Program-made: the position numbers and the translations under genes
In this document: piece after piece, positions 59,698 to 64,000 of the stretch
How positions within the stretch are numbered: position 1 is the stretch's first letter
Layout of the letters: every line of letters begins with the position of its first letter
The notes under the pieces: generated by a model
Seen by the model: only the letters and a program-made list of their open reading frames with translations
Told to the model about the DNA's origin: nothing
Database searches by the model: none
Virus record (IMG/VR): IMGVR_UViG_3300031227_000032
Location: 8,517 to 72,516 of that record
Direction: 5' to 3' (one strand)
Length of the DNA stretch: 64,000 nucleotides
Source: a virus

Positions 59698-60600
59698 TCA
59701 CTCATACATCCACCCCATCACTACAATCTCATCGTCGCTCAGTAGCCACATCCCGCTAGCGTTGACCACATGCCCAGTGTAGCTCATCAGCCCTGGTGCG
59801 TCGGGTGTCAGGTCAGTACCCATCGGCGGTTCCGTTGCAAGCGGATCAGGCGTCGGCAGGTTGTCATTAAACCCGACTATCGCATGACCTAGCTCATGGC
59901 GCGTAATGTTCGGTATGTATGTCAGAGCAACGTCACGCCCCCAGCCTGGTAGTCCCATTACATGCACGTTAATCCACACGCTTGCGGCAGTGAGTCTATC
60001 ACCGCGCCGTGTGAAGTAGCATACGCCGTTGTAGTTCGCTTCAGCAGGCGGCGGCGTATTGTTCAGCAGATTCATCAGTGCAGATTCAGTGCCGTCCTGT
60101 GTACCCGTCAGGTCAAAGCCAACGGTGCTGCCGTTAATATCAGCGTTATCTATGATCACCATGACGCCGATCAGGATAAGCCATTTCAGCAGTTCGTCAC
60201 GATCCATGTCAGAGCATCCACCATACGGCCCATCGTAGAGACGCACTGGAATGTCAGCATATAGAATATCGCCAACGAATCGTGCATCTACCTTGGGGCA
60301 AATGCCGTGAACGTAAGCTACGAAATCACGTACTGCAGGTTCGGTGATGCCCTCGCATAACGGCTGCAGCGCAGGGTTAGGTGTACATCCAGTGGGCGTA
60401 TACACTATCGAGTCGTCAACGCAGATAGTCGGCGTGCGTGTCCATTTGCCGACAGGCGGCGATACGGTATCTTGGCAAGGCTGATCGGATAGGTCGATGA
60501 GGCCAGGTGACTTGCACGACGGAATGTACGTGCATATGTTGAACAGTAGCACGCCGCCAAGGATGGCGCACAGAATCGTTATACACGTGCGTATGTTCAT
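59698..60600 (-). CDS. Secreted or anchored zinc metalloprotease (metzincin-like)
   Basis: N-terminal hydrophobic helix; RHELGHAIVG...GLM Met-turn. Confidence 0.7.
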   Translation of the reverse strand: MNIRTCITILCAILGGVLLFNICTYIPSCKSPGLIDLSDQPCQDTVSPPVGKWTRTPTICVDDSIVYTPTGCTPNPALQPLCEGITEPAVRDFVAYVHGICPKVDARFVGDILYADIPVRLYDGPYGGCSDMDRDELLKWLILIGVMVIIDNADINGSTVGFDLTGTQDGTESALMNLLNNTPPPAEANYNGVCYFTRRGDRLTAASVWINVHVMGLPGWGRDVALTYIPNITRHELGHAIVGFNDNLPTPDPLATEPPMGTDLTPDAPGLMSYTGHVVNASGMWLLSDDEIVVMGWMYE

Positions 60601-62194
60601 TCGCTGCCACCGCCCTCATCGGGCGATCCGCCAAGCACCTCTTGGTACAGGTCGGGCACCGTCTCAAGCCGTGGTGTATCTGTGTGATCGACTGGCCTTG
60701 ATGTGCTGGTCGGTATACCGTTCTTCTCGGCATCCAGAAGGTTGTTTGCATAGTCGGCCAAACTGATATTGGCCTGCGCGGCAAATTTGATCTGCTGTAG
60801 CGTCAGCAGTGCATCTACACGCTTGATGCTGACGACATGAAGCTCCTGCAGCATAGCAACCAAAAAGTAGCGCGGATATTTCTTGTCCTCGTATCCCTTG
60901 AGCCTATTGAACAAAAACCAACCTTCACGAAGATCAACCTCATCACAGGCGATCTCCTCTCTGCCGTTGGTCTTCTCGACAACATAGATTGCGTGCTCAA
61001 AGTTCGTCACTTCGGCCTCTGGCGCTGGCATCAGTGCTATCATCACTCATCCTCCACAGTCTTAGATGCGCACTCTGCCTCGTGCATATTGATCACCACT
61101 TCCGCCCAGTGCTTCGGTACATCTATCCCGGGGGCGCTGTAGTGAGTGGGTTTGACGTGTGTATGTGCGATGGCTGTGGTGTGTATCTGTACGTCCCAGT
61201 CCTTCGGTATCACTATCCCCTTCGGGTTTGTTTGTAGTTCCTCTAGCGCATCAACGAGGTCTTGGCGCTCCTCTGCTGACAATTGCTCGCTGGGCTGGAT
61301 AATTGGAAATGTGTCGAGATTCAGTACGGTCGCATACAGTTCCCACACCAGATATGCACGCCGTAGTGTGTATTTGCCCCCGAAGGTGTATACGTTCGGG
61401 TTGTCAGCGTCTCGTGTCCAGTCACTCATCCTTCGTACCTCCGTGCATCCTCTCGAAGTATTTTGCGGCGTACTTGACGGCCCTGCTCGGCTCCATCGTC
61501 TGTGCCGCTGCATCTACACTCACTTCCAATATCTTCCGCAGCAGGTAGTGTGTCTTGCGCGTCTCCCAGCCGTTTACTTCTGCATGTGCGCGTAGCACAG
61601 TAAAATGCACACCGTGTCTCTCGGCAAGCACAGGTATGCTCACGTCAAACGCCAGATAGTCGGCGTAAATTTCAGGATTTGTCACATCGCTCACTTCTTC
61701 ACCCCTTTCGCAATCACCATAATAAACACCACCCACCACAGACACACACACGCAAACGCCTCTATCGCCCACGGTGCACTTGGCAGGCTTGTGCGTGGCT
61801 TAATGACCAGCATGTGCACAAGATACACAGCAAGGCCAATGCCAAAGTGCCACATGAGGAATAAGAGTAAGGTGTGCATCTATGCCTCATCACGCTCTGC
61901 GAGTTCTGCCAGATAGCGCTCCTTGTATTCGGATATGTCATTCTGCTCATTCGGGACTGTGCCAATCGCGTCAACCATCGCGTTAAGGTCGGCGGCTACC
62001 AGCGCGGCATCCGATGGATGCAAAATGATGCTTGCGACAACTTTCCCGTCCTTCCAGCACACGATATCCGCCTCCATCCCGTGCCATGCGCGGACGATCT
62101 CCACCCAGTCTAATCCGCCCTGAGCTGGCCTATACCAAGTCCCAGTGGTTCGCGGCGACATACGTTCACACGGTGCCTTGTGTCTACCCATCAC
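60597..62194 (-). other. Cluster of hypothetical genes, including an HTH protein 61422..61694 (small terminase-like candidate) and a membrane protein 61691..61879
   Basis: Coupled ORFs; SIPVLAERHGV...LR......GW HTH pattern. Confidence 0.55.
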
Positions 62195-62457
62195 TCGCCC
62201 TCCTGCTCGCCAAGCGACCGTGCACCAATGTACCCATCGGCGACCATCGCCGATAACCAGCTAGGGTGCGCATATGCACACAAATACTCCCACAGGCGCT
62301 CTCCCGTGACGAACCACTGGTTGCCGATCTTGCGCCCGATGAGTTTTTTGCTGGTGAGCAGCTTCTTGATGGTTGTTTCCGAGACCATCGCCTCGGTATC
62401 TGCAAAAATCGCATTCGCCGCTGATTCCGGCGTGTACAGCTTGTTTCGATCAATCAT
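62191..62457 (-). CDS. Excisionase-like HTH protein, leaderless
   Basis: LYTPESAA...VSETTIKKLL...LIGRKIGNQWFV; TATACT 6 nt upstream of the ATG. Confidence 0.75.
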   Translation of the reverse strand: MIDRNKLYTPESAANAIFADTEAMVSETTIKKLLTSKKLIGRKIGNQWFVTGERLWEYLCAYAHPSWLSAMVADGYIGARSLGEQEGE

Positions 62458-62565
62458 AACCACAGTATACCGTGCATTTGGCCGTTTTGGGGTGATTTTG
62501 GAAAAAACGGGCTGAATTTGTGAAAATGACGTGCAATTCGTGCAGATACACGGTATAATCCACCC

Positions 62566-63871
62566 ATGAACGATAAAATCAGAGCATATCAGGTCGCACA
62601 CGGCGGCCCCGATGAGGAAAAATGCCGCGCAGAGCTTGAGGCAGCGATTGATGTGCATATCGGTAAAGCGGCTACAGTGATATACACAGCAGGGTGGAGT
62701 GAGGATTTGGTTGAGGTTGAGGCTGTGTGTATGTTGCTTGAGTGTTGTCGCAAGGGCGGCGATGACTACAGCCCAAAAAGTGTGCTTCTGGTCGGTAGCG
62801 GACAGGTCATCGACGGTGAGCCTAAACACATCGACGGGATACACTTCACACGGCTGCGTAGTATTGTAATCAAGGAGGCGAAAGATGTCACCGAGTAAGC
62901 TGACAATCACCCTGTATAACAGGTTTGCCAAGTACCAGCGTGAATCTATCTTGGTGGCGTTGCGACCGTTTAACGGCAAGTGGTCATGGCGCGTCAGGGT
63001 GCTGTATGCGTTTGCACGGTTGATTGGGTTTACGGAGGATACACATGAGTAAGGCAACATGCCCTATAAGCGACTGCTGTGGCACGTGGGCTTACCAGCG
63101 GTGCCAGGGTGAGCGCGTGAAGAACCACGACATCAAGCCAGAGGTGAAGCCCGTGGAGGGCGGTGACGTGTGGCTTGTGTGCTCGCAGTGTGGATGCAGA
63201 TGCACGTCGAGCGAGTCACGTGAATTTGATACACACAAGCCTGCACGGAAGAAGCTGACGACGACAGGAAATATGTTTGAAGGAGTGGATGATGAGTGAC
63301 TACCTAGTTACAGATGGGAAGGGGAACATGCTCCTGTCTGCCTGCTGTAAGGACTGCATGAGGCTGGCCAGGATCGAGATTGTCAGCCCGAATTGCCCGT
63401 TCCCAATCACCATACCTGATAACCCGATATACGGGCTGGAGTGCTGTACATGCGGAGAGATCACTAAACCACTGGAGATGCACGATGACGAAAGCTGAAC
63501 TACTGCTGATACTGGATAGGTATGATGACGATGCTGACGTGCATCTATTGAAGCCGAACCGCCACCATCCCGATCTGCACAAGACATACACACCTATCGG
63601 CGAATACCGCGACAAGTATCACAGCAACGGAAATTGCTACATCGAGATTGAGAAGGAAGTCTGAGTGACGCCAGAGGAAATTAACAAGCTGGTCTACAGC
63701 AAGTACCGTGAATCCAGGCGTCGGGCGAGGGAGAGATACAACGTGAAGCTACGTGCAGATGAAGTGCGATATGCAGCCTACCTGGAATATCACCGCAACA
63801 AGGCAGCGGAGTACAGAGAGCTGCGCAAGGCAGAAGATGCACGTATAATGGAACTGATGTATGAGGAGTGA
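62566..63871 (+). other. Divergent plus-strand operon of small hypothetical genes (first 62566..62898, leaderless)
   Basis: TATAAT at 62554-62559, ATG 6 nt later; coupled small ORFs, several Cys-rich. Confidence 0.65.
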
Positions 63872-64000
63872 ATATGATTAGCACTGACAGAACGGAATAT
63901 ATCGTCCTGGCCACACTTGAGTCATGGGAACGGGCGAGGGCAGACTATACACCAACTGACCCCGCCGTCACTAAGGATGTGCACGATGCGTCCATGCGGC

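Noticed and set aside
62458-63060. N-terminal 200 aa of ORF 62191..63060 and many other antisense ORFs in the track
   Set aside because: They are shadows of genes on the opposite strand; the real start is the leaderless ATG at 62457.
63662-63700. TGA immediately followed by in-frame ORF 63665
   Set aside because: No downstream hairpin or nearby Cys, and an AAGGA RBS supports a separate GTG start.
1-64000. Genome-wide UGA reassignment (genetic code 4 or 25)
   Set aside because: Many genes end in TGA with ATGA/GTGA/TGATG coupling, TGG is used for Trp, and long genes are not fragmented. Any recoding must be site-specific.
1-64000. tRNA genes, including tRNA-Sec, or sel genes
   Set aside because: No cloverleaf with a T-loop and no SelA/B/D-like ORF was recognised by eye. 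tRNAscan-SE or Aragorn would be needed to exclude them.

Overview
About 64 kb of a tailed dsDNA phage genome (siphovirus-like, HK97-type head), apparently incomplete at both ends. Left: a minus-strand recombination/repair block (SSB, RtcB, AAA ATPase, lytic transglycosylase), then a plus-strand run of small early genes, many with their own near-consensus sigma70 promoter, ending in a serine recombinase. From about 16.2 to 55 kb is a minus-strand late module (terminase, HslV-like peptidase, portal, MuF, protease, capsid, a glycan-modification/methyltransferase cluster, head-tail and tail genes, fibre-like proteins, lysis-type and nucleotide genes), interrupted by promoter-bearing accessory genes (morons). 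Main finding: in-frame UGA codons followed by bacterial SECIS-like hairpins occur in the tape measure gene, at the portal/MuF junction, in a membrane-protein moron and possibly near the end of a secreted protein, while almost all other late genes end in TAA/TAG. This suggests selenocysteine-type recoding of virion proteins. Also seen: a -1 frameshift in the tail chaperone, 11 leaderless genes, repeated promoter-leader-terminator cassettes, two structured leader RNAs and a broken HD-hydrolase gene. All calls come from reading the sequence by eye; no database searches were run.
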